The notes: generated by a model from the sequence alone, not told the origin. DNA of 64,000 nt from a bacterium (GCA_027459825.1 DAIDGT010000001.1:37884-101883), one strand, 5' to 3'; counted from the stretch's first letter, positions 9,553-19,401 are shown. Translations and numbers: made by a program.

Positions 9553-11103
9553 TCAAATATATGGTGTTATATTTTTATTCCAAATAAGAATAGTATCTTC
9601 TCCGAAATGATAAATTTGAGCAGGTTTCCCAATAGAATCAACTGCAAAAATCCTAAAATCACTACTATTTTTATCATAAACAATAAAATTTGCATAATGC
9701 GTACCATACCAGGTACGAGAAGATATCCATAGGTAGGGTACAAGAATTTTATTATTTAAAGAAGGAACAACTGCTCTAACCTTAATAGAGGAGTTAGTCT
9801 CAACTGTAATAATAGAAGAATTCCAATAGTAACCATAACCATAGTTTAAATGATGATTTAAAAGAAAATCAGCAACTTTAATATTTGATTCATTCAATAA
9901 ATTTTTTTGACTCAAAGATGAATCGTGGTAAAAGATAGCTAAAAAGATAAAAAATACTGAAAATAGAATAACATAAATATAACCTTTTAAATGTTTAATA
10001 TTTCCTATTGACCTTGCAACAACAATAGATCCAAATATGATTACGGGAAATAAGTATCTTGCAGAAGAAGTATTACTGACTGCAAAATTACTAAAAATAA
10101 ATGCAAGTATATCAATACCTATACCAATAGAGAGAATATAGTTTATACCATCAGTGCTACTCTTATATTTCTTTAAAGATACATATGAAAAAAACAATAC
10201 AAGGAAAAGTACACCTAAATGTAAAATAGCTTCCCATGCCTGATGAGAAAAAAGTCCCTGGCCCATAAAATTAGCTCCAAAGATATATAATAAATTAAGA
10301 ATTAATGTCTGCACATGGGACAATATTTCAGAAAAAGTTGCAAACTGATAAACCAAGGAAGATATAGTATATCCACCAATCATAGGGATTGAATACCTTA
10401 GGAGTTCAGCCACAGCAAATGTTATTAATATAAATACCAAAGACAATACATATACACTACGAGTCTCTGCGCTATAAAGAGTATCCCTAATTTTTAAAAT
10501 AAGAAAAATGAAATAGGGTATCGAAAATATCCAGATTATAAAGGGGTCAGAGAATAATGCAAGAAATAAAAATAGACAAGAAATAAGTAAATATTTTCTT
10601 TTTTTATCATCAATGTATTTAATCAAAAAGTATAGAGACAATAGTCCTTCTAAAATAGATCCTATATGTACAAAACCTTGAAGAAAAGACGTTAAGGTAA
10701 ATAAAGGTAGCATACCTATTATTATAAAAACAGAAAAAAGAGAGATAACCTTATGCAATGTCTTGCGTAATGCAAGCAAGATACAAGTAAAAATAATTAA
10801 TAGATAAATAATGATTGGAACTAAGTGAGAGAGTAATACCTGGTTTTTCAAAAAAGAACCAATAAATAAATAAAGAGGTAAATCTGATAATACAAAATTA
10901 TCAGGAGAAAGTGTCCATCCATGTAATAGAATATTACCATGAAGTATGGAAGTAACTTCTACTACACCTTGAACAACATCAGAATTTAGACTTACATGAA
11001 AGGAGTACCTTATATATAAAAATATAAAAAATGCAGAAACAACAAAAGATAGAACAATTAATAAAATTTTATGTTTTCGACCTGCAATGAAGTTAGAGCT
11101 CAT
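9553..11103 (-). CDS. polytopic membrane protein, possibly a GT-C-fold glycosyltransferase (ArnT/PMT-like)
   Basis: The 516-aa ORF has at least 10 predicted hydrophobic helices and a C-terminal soluble domain. The architecture resembles GT-C enzymes, but no definitive motif was seen. Confidence 0.35.
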   Translation of the reverse strand: MSSNFIAGRKHKILLIVLSFVVSAFFIFLYIRYSFHVSLNSDVVQGVVEVTSILHGNILLHGWTLSPDNFVLSDLPLYLFIGSFLKNQVLLSHLVPIIIYLLIIFTCILLALRKTLHKVISLFSVFIIIGMLPLFTLTSFLQGFVHIGSILEGLLSLYFLIKYIDDKKRKYLLISCLFLFLALFSDPFIIWIFSIPYFIFLILKIRDTLYSAETRSVYVLSLVFILITFAVAELLRYSIPMIGGYTISSLVYQFATFSEILSHVQTLILNLLYIFGANFMGQGLFSHQAWEAILHLGVLFLVLFFSYVSLKKYKSSTDGINYILSIGIGIDILAFIFSNFAVSNTSSARYLFPVIIFGSIVVARSIGNIKHLKGYIYVILFSVFFIFLAIFYHDSSLSQKNLLNESNIKVADFLLNHHLNYGYGYYWNSSIITVETNSSIKVRAVVPSLNNKILVPYLWISSRTWYGTHYANFIVYDKNSSDFRIFAVDSIGKPAQIYHFGEDTILIWNKNITPYI

Positions 11104-11151
11104 AATTTGATTGCATGATTATAACATATATGAATGCTATAATAATTTATC

Positions 11152-11901
11152 ATGGCACGATACATGTATGTCAAAAAAGGTATCAGTATAAATAAAAAAA
11201 TACCTATTAAGTTAAAAGAAACTCAAAGGGTGAATTACAAAAAAATTAAATTCCATCCTAATTATGGATCAATATTTTTAGTAGTTGTAGGAATTATTAC
11301 CATAACAATAGCATTATCTCCAGAAATCAAATATGTTATAAATAATGTTGTTTTCCATAAATATAAAAATGTAATAGTCAAAGCAGATCCTTCTGCCTCA
11401 TATTTTGAAAAAATTATTAATGCACAACATTCTCAAAATGCAGCAGAGTATAATGGAACTTTTCAAATATCAATTCCTGCAATATCACTGTCCAATATTC
11501 CTGTTAAAGCAAATGTAGATGGGTTTAATACACAGGCTTACGAGACAGTGCTAACTAGTTCACTAGCCCAAATGAAAGGAACAGCACTACCTGGAGAAGT
11601 AGGTAATGTGTACATATATGGACATAGTGCCCCACAATGGTTTGCAGATTTGTACCCAAGTTCCTTCCTTGGAATATTTACAAATATATTAAAACTACAA
11701 AATGGACAATTAATATATATAAAATATAAAGGCATAGTATATAAATATTCAATAGTACAAGAAAGTGTTATTTCACCTACTGATATATCAGTACTTGAGT
11801 CTCCTCCAGGTAAAAAGTATTTGACACTTATGACATGCATACCTCCAGGAATAGGAACACAAAGGTATATAATAAAAGCTATACAAATTTCAGCATCTTA
11901 A
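11152..11901 (+). CDS. sortase-family transpeptidase
   Basis: N-terminal membrane anchor, catalytic His in IYGHSAP, the TLXTC motif (YLTLMTCIPPG) and a conserved Arg in RYIIKA. Confidence 0.75.
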   Translation: MARYMYVKKGISINKKIPIKLKETQRVNYKKIKFHPNYGSIFLVVVGIITITIALSPEIKYVINNVVFHKYKNVIVKADPSASYFEKIINAQHSQNAAEYNGTFQISIPAISLSNIPVKANVDGFNTQAYETVLTSSLAQMKGTALPGEVGNVYIYGHSAPQWFADLYPSSFLGIFTNILKLQNGQLIYIKYKGIVYKYSIVQESVISPTDISVLESPPGKKYLTLMTCIPPGIGTQRYIIKAIQISAS

Positions 11902-13520
11902 ATAAATAATTTTTTCTCAAATTCAAAGGCAAAATGCTTAATACGGGTATGTATGTCGTTATACAACATCAGTGATGAACCTATAGGCAAATTAGTTAAA
12001 ATTCTTAATTCTTCAGATGAAAGTGATAATGCATGAGATAGTTTTTCAAAATTTATCTTATCCTGTTTTAATAAAATTTTTAGAGAGGTATTAGCAATAA
12101 TAGATCTACCTTTATCAGTATCAATAACATCACCAATATCTTGAGTAATATAACAAAACCCCATACTGTACTTCCTTGCTCTTTTCGTTAGAGACTTCAA
12201 ATTGTTTAAAAGTTCAGAATTATCAAATAACCTATGAGCCTCATCTATAAAGACCTGTCTTTTCACAGAAAAGTCCTTTAACTTCCAAAGATAATTTAAA
12301 ATTACATACATCATTAATGGAATATTATCATCAGTTAAATCAGAAATATCAAAGACAATTAAATTATCTCTTTTATTTATATCAATATTAGTTTTCTTAG
12401 AATACAAATGTGACAGAGAACCCTTAGCAATTGGGAAAATTTCATCAGCCATAATGCTTTTAAAATCTTTTAAAATGTTGTATAAGTCAAAAAAAGTGGG
12501 AAAATTTACTTCTCTGAAAAGTTTCAATAAGGCTTTATCTAAGATATTTTTATCAAACCTAGTGCAATACTTTTTTAAAAAACCTTCTATAAAAGATATT
12601 TTATCTTCAATACTTTCATCTTGGGATAAGTCCAATGGATTAATGGTATAGTTATTATTACCTTTAAATTTGCTAGAAAACTTTACTAACTTTCCATCCA
12701 AAGACTTACAAAGCTTCACATATTCACCTTCAGGATCAATAACAATTACCTTGATACCTTTTGATATCATTCTCACAATAGTAGCTTTTGCAAGAAAACT
12801 CTTACCAGCCCCAGATTTTGCAAAAATTACACTATTATAATTTTCAAGCTTAAAAATATCTAAAATACATAAAGCCTTCGACAAAACATTTTCTCCATAT
12901 AATATTCCATCATAGTCACATCGATTACCTACAGACAAAAAATTTAAAGCCGACAGTGATTGAGATTCATATACCATACCAGGATATTTAGAATATGTAG
13001 CAAGGGGAAGAGAATAAAGAAAACCTTCTACATGGTTTAGATCCAATTGATGTACAGTAAATCCTTTTGACTCTGCAAGCATTTGAATATTATTAGATAG
13101 TACATTTAATTTACTTAAATTACGATTAAATAAGGTTATGTATGATGCCATTAAAAAACCTTTAGAATTTCCAGAAATCAATGAATATGAAAAATCTTCT
13201 AATTTTGCAATTTCCATATCCAAAGAGGAATCCCTCAATCTTCCCTTTGAAAAGTCAGAGTGACGCTTAGCACTCAACGCAGCAATTCTATTTTTAATAG
13301 CAATTAGAACAGAAGGCTTCTCCAAAGGCGTAATCATTTGAGAGCATAATACATTACCACCTGAAAATACAAAATCCAAAAGACAAAACGGAATTACTTC
13401 TGATGGAAAATCATAAAATATAAGAGTTATGTAATATACGTCATTTATTTTTACAAACTTATATTTTTCTATAATACTTAATGGGAATATTTTAGTAATA
13501 TTTTGTTTAATATTTATCAT
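11898..13520 (-). CDS. VirB4/TraC-like type IV secretion ATPase, ATPase half (copy A)
   Basis: Walker A FAKSGAGKSFLAK, VIVIDPEGEY, Walker B VFIDEAHRLF, ARKYSMGFCYITQD. It is a paralog of 17389..19401, and its start overlaps the upstream ORF by ATGA. Confidence 0.7.
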   Translation of the reverse strand: MINIKQNITKIFPLSIIEKYKFVKINDVYYITLIFYDFPSEVIPFCLLDFVFSGGNVLCSQMITPLEKPSVLIAIKNRIAALSAKRHSDFSKGRLRDSSLDMEIAKLEDFSYSLISGNSKGFLMASYITLFNRNLSKLNVLSNNIQMLAESKGFTVHQLDLNHVEGFLYSLPLATYSKYPGMVYESQSLSALNFLSVGNRCDYDGILYGENVLSKALCILDIFKLENYNSVIFAKSGAGKSFLAKATIVRMISKGIKVIVIDPEGEYVKLCKSLDGKLVKFSSKFKGNNNYTINPLDLSQDESIEDKISFIEGFLKKYCTRFDKNILDKALLKLFREVNFPTFFDLYNILKDFKSIMADEIFPIAKGSLSHLYSKKTNIDINKRDNLIVFDISDLTDDNIPLMMYVILNYLWKLKDFSVKRQVFIDEAHRLFDNSELLNNLKSLTKRARKYSMGFCYITQDIGDVIDTDKGRSIIANTSLKILLKQDKINFEKLSHALSLSSEELRILTNLPIGSSLMLYNDIHTRIKHFAFEFEKKLFI

Positions 13521-14092
13521 ATATTTAAATAAATGGATGAAAAAACCATTTCTATTTCATCATAGTTATTAATAAATTTATGATCAAATCCAAAGTGAAT
13601 AAAAAGATATTCCAACTGAGTGTCATAACTTGTAACTAATTTTTTAATACCTAAAAATTCATTAGAAAAAATTAAGGATTTTCTTTTACTCTCAAATATA
13701 TAACTTACAAAGTACCTTTGTTCATAAATTTCTGAAAATAATGAAGTTGCCTTTATTTCACTTTCATACAGTAATTTCAGTTTTTCATTTTCTATATTTC
13801 TAACATATTTAAGAACACTATCTTTAGAGGTTATTAAATTACAAACAGATAATTTTATTTGCAAATTAAGACCTAAAAGGAACTCTTCATACTTTTTTAT
13901 GAAATTTTCTTTCAGTGAATCTTCTAAAAACGATACATCTGTAGGAAATACTTCCACTAATCTTGCATAAAAAGAATTTTTTAAAATTACAATACCATCT
14001 TTAATTCCAATAATAGGAAGAAAGCTACTTGTACTCTTCATAAGGGATACTAATGTAATACAATATAAATGAAAATTTTCTTTCTCTAACAA
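13517..14092 (-). CDS. VirB4 N-terminal-domain-like protein (split from ATPase half, copy A)
   Basis: PIIGIKDGIVILKNSFYARLVEVFPTDVSFLEDSLKE matches the CagE/TrbE/VirB4 N-terminal pattern. It is a paralog of 19398..20084 and translationally coupled to the ATPase ORF. Confidence 0.5.
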   Translation of the reverse strand: MLEKENFHLYCITLVSLMKSTSSFLPIIGIKDGIVILKNSFYARLVEVFPTDVSFLEDSLKENFIKKYEEFLLGLNLQIKLSVCNLITSKDSVLKYVRNIENEKLKLLYESEIKATSLFSEIYEQRYFVSYIFESKRKSLIFSNEFLGIKKLVTSYDTQLEYLFIHFGFDHKFINNYDEIEMVFSSIYLNI

Positions 14093-14336
14093 AGAATTTC
14101 ACAAAATCAAAAAACCAAATAATAATAATTCTCCCCTTAACTTGTTGCTTAAATAAAAAATACAGGGAGACAAGAGTGAGTGAAAGTAAAAATACCTTGA
14201 CTTTTAGATTTATATGAATAAAGAGAATCAAAATGATATTAAACACGATAGATAAAACAATCCAGTAAAAATCATATGATAAGATAACATAATTATTCTT
14301 CAAACTCTTAAATTTTAATACTTTAACTTTTTTCAT
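14025..14336 (-). CDS. small two-helix membrane protein, VirB3/PrgI-like by position
   Basis: 103 aa with two hydrophobic segments, immediately upstream of the VirB4 module. Confidence 0.3.
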   Translation of the reverse strand: MKKVKVLKFKSLKNNYVILSYDFYWIVLSIVFNIILILFIHINLKVKVFLLSLTLVSLYFLFKQQVKGRIIIIWFFDFVKFFVRERKFSFILYYISIPYEEYK

Positions 14337-15336
14337 TATGCTCTAAAAATTTTTGTATTGTACTATATATGTTCCATCTTAAACGATCAGATAAATTTTG
14401 TACTGGAGTATGTAGACTTCCACTAAAAATAAAAGGTATCAAAGATAAGGCATATAAAGTTATGATACCTAATAGAAACTGGGGAATTCCTGTTATAGAG
14501 GTACTATTTACAATCAAAACAAATATGGAAATTCCTATAAGAAATGCAGGTTGGATAAATAAAAGTTCTATGATTTTTAATGTTATAGATCTAAACATTC
14601 CCTGAAAGATAGGAAATAAAGAAAAGATTATAAATATTGGAAATAATAATATTAAAATCCAAAGCAATATAAATCTCACAATAAATTCTAAGGAAAAAAT
14701 AAATAATGCCAAAATTAAGGCAATATATAAAATAACCTTTATAACATTTTCAAATAAACCAAATATAGAAAATTGGGTAAAGTGACCTAATATAAGAGTA
14801 AACAAATTTCCAGAAGATACACCTATTAAATTTGTGATGATAAATTTATCTAAAACATTAACAAAGGTTATTAGGTAAGATAGAATATATGGAGAAAGTA
14901 AAATTAAAAAAATAGCAAAAATAGTGTTAACTAATAAATCATGCATAGATACACCACTCCGACCAACAGATGCTTCACCAATGTACAGCATAATACATAT
15001 AAAAAGAAATACAGGTACTAATGAGATAGCAATATATTCTGTACCATCCTTATACTCCTTATATGCAATACCACCAAATTTTGTATTTGGATCTGACCTA
15101 CTATTCAAGATATTGGGAGTAAATTCTACAAACTGATTTATAGTAAATCCAAATGAACAGAGTATGTTTTGAATTGAATAAAGTATATTATTTTGATTGC
15201 AATTTGTACTAAAATTAGTACCATTGCTTTCCTTAGCATAAACAGGAGAAGATACAAAGTACAATATTGCAAAAATTGTAATAATACTAACTAGGAATAA
15301 GCGCATGCAAAAAATGACTAAAATTTTGAGCACCAA
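14323..15336 (-). CDS. polytopic membrane protein, VirB6/TrbL-like
   Basis: Signal peptide, an extracytoplasmic segment, then about 5-6 TM helices. Positioned between the VirB2-like and VirB4 genes. Confidence 0.4.
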   Translation of the reverse strand: MVLKILVIFCMRLFLVSIITIFAILYFVSSPVYAKESNGTNFSTNCNQNNILYSIQNILCSFGFTINQFVEFTPNILNSRSDPNTKFGGIAYKEYKDGTEYIAISLVPVFLFICIMLYIGEASVGRSGVSMHDLLVNTIFAIFLILLSPYILSYLITFVNVLDKFIITNLIGVSSGNLFTLILGHFTQFSIFGLFENVIKVILYIALILALFIFSLEFIVRFILLWILILLFPIFIIFSLFPIFQGMFRSITLKIIELLFIQPAFLIGISIFVLIVNSTSITGIPQFLLGIITLYALSLIPFIFSGSLHTPVQNLSDRLRWNIYSTIQKFLEHNEKS

Positions 15337-15550
15337 ATATTATAAAAAGTCCCACTAATACCCATATGATTTTAGTTCCAAGCCTAGATCTTTCCTGAGG
15401 GTTATTAGAATACATAATAAATTGTATCCCAAGAAATATAACAATAAGTACTAGGACTGATTGAACAATAGTTATAATTACAGAAGTAATATTACCAACA
15501 AATTGTGACAAATTTGGTACTTGCTCCATACTGGGTACAATATTAAACAA
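15287..15550 (-). CDS. VirB2/TrbC-like pilin (small protein with two hydrophobic helices)
   Basis: 87 aa. Hydrophobic helix 1 (VIITIVQSVLVLIVIFLGIQFIM), a short polar loop, then helix 2 (IIWVLVGLFIIFGAQNF). It is the first gene of the minus-strand operon. Confidence 0.4.
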   Translation of the reverse strand: MFNIVPSMEQVPNLSQFVGNITSVIITIVQSVLVLIVIFLGIQFIMYSNNPQERSRLGTKIIWVLVGLFIIFGAQNFSHFLHALIPS

Positions 15551-15567
15551 GTATCAAAAGTAATGCA

Positions 15568-15583
15568 TTGCCATGCATGGCAA
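15568..15583. promoter_or_regulatory. perfect 16-bp palindrome TTGCCATGCATGGCAA in the divergent promoter region
   Basis: Read directly from the sequence. It lies between the divergently transcribed VirB2-like gene (minus) and the AbiEi gene (plus). Confidence 0.4.
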
Positions 15584-15600
15584 ATTTATTTATAAAATAC

Positions 15601-15629
15601 TTGACAAAAACATAATTTTATTCTAGAAT
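15601..15629 (+). promoter_or_regulatory. sigma70-like promoter TTGACA-N17-TAGAAT upstream of the AbiEi gene
   Basis: Consensus -35 hexamer at 15601-15606 and -10 TAGAAT at 15624-15629 with a 17-nt spacer. The ATG is at 15639. Confidence 0.45.
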
Positions 15630-15648
15630 TACCAATATATGATTGGTA
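15630..15648 (+). promoter_or_regulatory. inverted repeat TACCAATATATGATTGGTA overlapping the AbiEi start codon (candidate autoregulatory operator)
   Basis: A 7-bp arm TACCAAT and its reverse complement ATTGGTA, separated by 5 nt, immediately after the -10 element. Confidence 0.4.
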
Positions 15649-16286
15649 TATGTGGAATAAAATCAATGGAAAAACTGGAGAATCTACCATATTTCAACAA
15701 GCATTCCTCTAAGGAGTTAATCGGGAAAACTGGCAGGAACCTTGATGCAAAGATACTTCAACTTACAAAAAAAGGATATTTCGTTCCACTAAAAAATGGG
15801 GTATATACATCTTCTGTATTTTATAATTTACAAGATAACAAGGGAGGGTATCTGGAATTCCTATCAAACGTATTAAGATACCCCTCATATATTTCATTGG
15901 AATACGTATTATATCTAAACGGAGCAATACCGGATGCAGTTCAGTCAATTACTGCAGTATCAATAAAAACTCCACGGGTATACAAGAATAAATTAGGGAT
16001 CTTTATATATAGAAATATAAAAGAAGACCTTTTTACAGGATTTACAATCAATAAAACAGGGACATTCAATATAAAGACAGCAACAAAAAGCAAAGCATTA
16101 TTTGATTATCTATACCTAAAAAGAGATATTTCACAAAATTTGAAATATGAAATAGAAGAAGGAATGCGAATAAATTGGGATATATTCTCAAAAAAGGACT
16201 TAATAGAATTTTATACTTATTGCAAAATTGCAAATTCAAACAAGATGAATAAAATTTATAAGATAATGCAAAGCATCATCATATGA
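15639..16286 (+). CDS. AbiEi-like antitoxin / transcriptional regulator (type IV TA)
   Basis: 215-aa ORF translationally coupled (ATGA overlap) to a clear AbiEii toxin gene. Size and position match AbiEi, but no direct motif was recognised. Confidence 0.5.
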   Translation: MIGICGIKSMEKLENLPYFNKHSSKELIGKTGRNLDAKILQLTKKGYFVPLKNGVYTSSVFYNLQDNKGGYLEFLSNVLRYPSYISLEYVLYLNGAIPDAVQSITAVSIKTPRVYKNKLGIFIYRNIKEDLFTGFTINKTGTFNIKTATKSKALFDYLYLKRDISQNLKYEIEEGMRINWDIFSKKDLIEFYTYCKIANSNKMNKIYKIMQSIII

Positions 16287-17329
16287 TATTGGAAAACTTG
16301 AAACAAATAGTAGACAAAAATAAAAATATAGAATCTCCCTTATATCTTAGAAATTTATTAAAAGAAAGTTTACAGTTGTATGTACTTAACTACATTTACA
16401 CTTCAAAATATGGAAGTAATTTTCTATTTACAGGAGGAACCTGCTTGAGAATATGCTTTGATCTTCCCAGATTATCAGAAGACTTAGACTTTGATTTAAT
16501 AGACATAACACAATTCAATGTGTATGAATTTGAAAAAGATATACAAGATTACTTTAGAAAGACTCTTCAATATAAAGATATTACAACCAAGATTTCTAAG
16601 GGGGAGAGAACAATGTTCCTAAAATTCCCTATATTAGAAAAATTAGGAGTAAACAATAATCCTGCAGAGACTAATATTTTATTCCTGAGAATAGATATTA
16701 CTCCTATGGCTTCAACGGTATACACAAAAGAATTGTCTATAAAGAGCACCCATGATTTTAGTTTTCTAATAAATAGATACTCTCTAAAAGATTTATTCGC
16801 TTCAAAAATTGCAGCAATTATAAGAAGAGTGTTTGTAAAAGGAAAAAGAGATACTCCTTTTAAGGCAAGAGATTACTTTGACCTCATATGGTTTATGGAA
16901 AAGAGGATATACCCAGACTACCAAAGAATAGGGGATCTTCTTAAAATATATTCAAAAGATGAAATTCTACAATTATTAAATAATAAAGTTGAAAATATAA
17001 ATATATCCCACTTAAAGGAGGATTTATCTCCATTTATAAAAGACCAGGAATTTGCATCAAATTTTGCAGAAAAATATAAAGCGCTTTACTCAACCCTAAC
17101 CACTACAAGGATAGATTATTCCAAAGTGGATGCACTTAGCCACACCCCTGTATACCTAGAACTTGAGGATTTAAGTAGAAAATATCCGCAATATGAAAAA
17201 ATATTTTCCAAAGCTTTGCATGAAGAAGCTGTCCCTAATATAAAAGTAATGATGCAGATATTATTAAAAAATGCTAAGGGGCTTGGAGATAAAGAATTAT
17301 TAAATGACCTCCAGGAAATTAGAATGTAG
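16283..17329 (+). CDS. AbiEii/AbiGii-family nucleotidyltransferase toxin (DUF1814)
   Basis: FLFTGGTCLRICFDLPRLSEDLDFDL matches the hallmark GGTAL...RxSEDxDF motif of AbiEii nucleotidyltransferases. Confidence 0.8.
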   Translation: MILENLKQIVDKNKNIESPLYLRNLLKESLQLYVLNYIYTSKYGSNFLFTGGTCLRICFDLPRLSEDLDFDLIDITQFNVYEFEKDIQDYFRKTLQYKDITTKISKGERTMFLKFPILEKLGVNNNPAETNILFLRIDITPMASTVYTKELSIKSTHDFSFLINRYSLKDLFASKIAAIIRRVFVKGKRDTPFKARDYFDLIWFMEKRIYPDYQRIGDLLKIYSKDEILQLLNNKVENINISHLKEDLSPFIKDQEFASNFAEKYKALYSTLTTTRIDYSKVDALSHTPVYLELEDLSRKYPQYEKIFSKALHEEAVPNIKVMMQILLKNAKGLGDKELLNDLQEIRM

Positions 17330-17388
17330 ATAAATCCATTTCACAATATACCCATTACATGGGGTGTTTAGGAAATAGACTCAATAAT

Positions 17389-19401
17389 TCAAGAAACTAT
17401 GTCTTGAGAATTAGATTGTACATTATTATTATCTTCTGGATTAGTCTGAGTATCATTATTACCAATTACTCCCTCAGTAGAATTGCCATTTGTAACAGTA
17501 TTAGGAACAATACGATCTAAAGATGATGCTTCAGGATTTTCTCTCATTTTTAAAATTTCTTCAGGATTTGTTGTTATTAGTTTATGTTCATATTCACTAG
17601 ATAAGACCTGTATAGCGACATGATTTGCTCCAACAAAGAATATTCCTTCTCCAATCTCAGCAGAGAGTAGTAAACTCTTTTCTCCTTCTGATAAGAAAAA
17701 GACTTCAGATAGACGATCTATTGCAGAAGGAGATTGCCTTAACAGAATTTGTATAGAAGAGTTTGTTACTACAGCTTTTCCATAATCATTTGAAAGAAAG
17801 TCATCTACATCTTGAGACACAGTAGTAAGACCTAAGTAATATTTTCTTGCTCTTTTTGCAACGGCATACACAAACTGAGCACTATCAGGATATTGCATCA
17901 GAATCCATGCTTCATCAATGATAAAAATTCTCTTTCTAAGATCTTTTTTTACTCTAGTCCAGATAAAATCGAGCATTAAAAACATAGCAATTGGCCTTAG
18001 TTCATCTGAAAGATCCCTTATACTAAAAACAGTAAAATCATTATCAAGATTTACTGTTGTATGGGTATCAAATATACCAGAAGCAGAACCTTTAATATAT
18101 TTTTCAAGCCTTGTAGCCAATTCATGAGCTTCGGGCTCCTCCATGGATTGTAAAACTTTGTACAAATCCTCCATTAGAGGAGGATCCTTTACCTGGGTAT
18201 CAGGATCAAAAGTAATCCCTTTATCTCTATAAGTTAATATCAAAGCTTTATCTAGAATAGCATCCTCTATACTAGAAAGCCCACCTTCATTTCCAAGCAT
18301 TACCTTAAAGAGACCATGTAAGGAAAGTATCTTAAACCTAAGTTCATCTTCTCCTTCCTCATAAACTCCAGATAAGTCAAAAGGATTTATTTTATCCCTA
18401 CCATCCTGTGTAAATGAAATATATAGTCCATTTAAAGCCTTACATAAAGTTTCATATTCATTTTCAGGATCAATAATTATAATCTGAGTACCAAGCATCA
18501 AAGATCTCAAAGCTTCTAGCTTTACAAGATAACTTTTACCTGAACCAGATTTAGCGAAAACAACCGAGTTTGCATTCTCTAGATCAAATCTGTCAAACAC
18601 TACTAAACTCTTATTAGCTTTATTAATACCATAAAGCACGCCTCTATCAGAAGTAAGCTCAGAGGAAACAAAAGGGAATGTAGTTGCTATGGAAGTAGTA
18701 TCCATGTTATGGGTATAGTAAAGTTTATCATACCCTTCGGGGAGAGTTGATTGAAAACCACCTTCCATCTGTAAAGTTGTTGGCTTAATTATAAGGGACA
18801 TTGCACCTAAAGTTGATTCTAGATTTTTTGATATGTCATCCAACTCTTCTAATGTATCTGCCCTAACAGTTACATATAATGCAAAATGGAAGTATCGCTC
18901 AGCTCCTTTAGCTAGATTATCCTGTAAATTTTTAGCATCTTCTAAAGTAACTTTAATTGTAGGATCCAATACCCTGCCAGACTCAATCATAGTATTAGTT
19001 GTAGCTTCAAGCTCTGCAATCTTTTTTCTAAGTTGTCCTAATACCTCTTTAGCATCAATAGGATAATAAAACATACTAATATCGATAGAATGCTCAAACG
19101 TAATTAATGGAGATAACCAATTTGGAGTTACATACCGAGGATATGCGAGAGCAAAATATGTTCTAAAAAATTTATCTCCAATTTTAATGTTAGAAAAATC
19201 GACTTCGATAGAAGGAGGAGCAATAATATCCTTTATTGAATTTATTCCCATTCCAAACACTTCAAAAGCAGAATTAGTATTAGAAGTTGTTCCCTGTTCT
19301 GATCCCGTAGACTTAGAAGGTACTGAATTAGAATTTTCAACACCACTATCACTTGAGCTAACATTTTTATTAGATTGTCTAGAAAAAAACGGGATCTTCA
19401 T
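17389..19401 (-). CDS. VirB4/TraC-like type IV secretion ATPase, ATPase half (copy B)
   Basis: Walker A FAKSGSGKSYLVK, IIIIDPENEY, Walker B IFIIDEAWILM, ARKYYLGLTTVSQD. It has an S/N/T-rich low-complexity N-terminal insertion and overlaps the upstream ORF by ATGA. Confidence 0.75.
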   Translation of the reverse strand: MKIPFFSRQSNKNVSSSDSGVENSNSVPSKSTGSEQGTTSNTNSAFEVFGMGINSIKDIIAPPSIEVDFSNIKIGDKFFRTYFALAYPRYVTPNWLSPLITFEHSIDISMFYYPIDAKEVLGQLRKKIAELEATTNTMIESGRVLDPTIKVTLEDAKNLQDNLAKGAERYFHFALYVTVRADTLEELDDISKNLESTLGAMSLIIKPTTLQMEGGFQSTLPEGYDKLYYTHNMDTTSIATTFPFVSSELTSDRGVLYGINKANKSLVVFDRFDLENANSVVFAKSGSGKSYLVKLEALRSLMLGTQIIIIDPENEYETLCKALNGLYISFTQDGRDKINPFDLSGVYEEGEDELRFKILSLHGLFKVMLGNEGGLSSIEDAILDKALILTYRDKGITFDPDTQVKDPPLMEDLYKVLQSMEEPEAHELATRLEKYIKGSASGIFDTHTTVNLDNDFTVFSIRDLSDELRPIAMFLMLDFIWTRVKKDLRKRIFIIDEAWILMQYPDSAQFVYAVAKRARKYYLGLTTVSQDVDDFLSNDYGKAVVTNSSIQILLRQSPSAIDRLSEVFFLSEGEKSLLLSAEIGEGIFFVGANHVAIQVLSSEYEHKLITTNPEEILKMRENPEASSLDRIVPNTVTNGNSTEGVIGNNDTQTNPEDNNNVQSNSQDIVS

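Noticed and set aside
17330-17388. Possible terminator between convergent AbiEii and VirB4-B (CCCATtacATGGG)
   Set aside because: It is only a 5-bp stem with a 3-nt loop and a weak T-tract, too weak to call.
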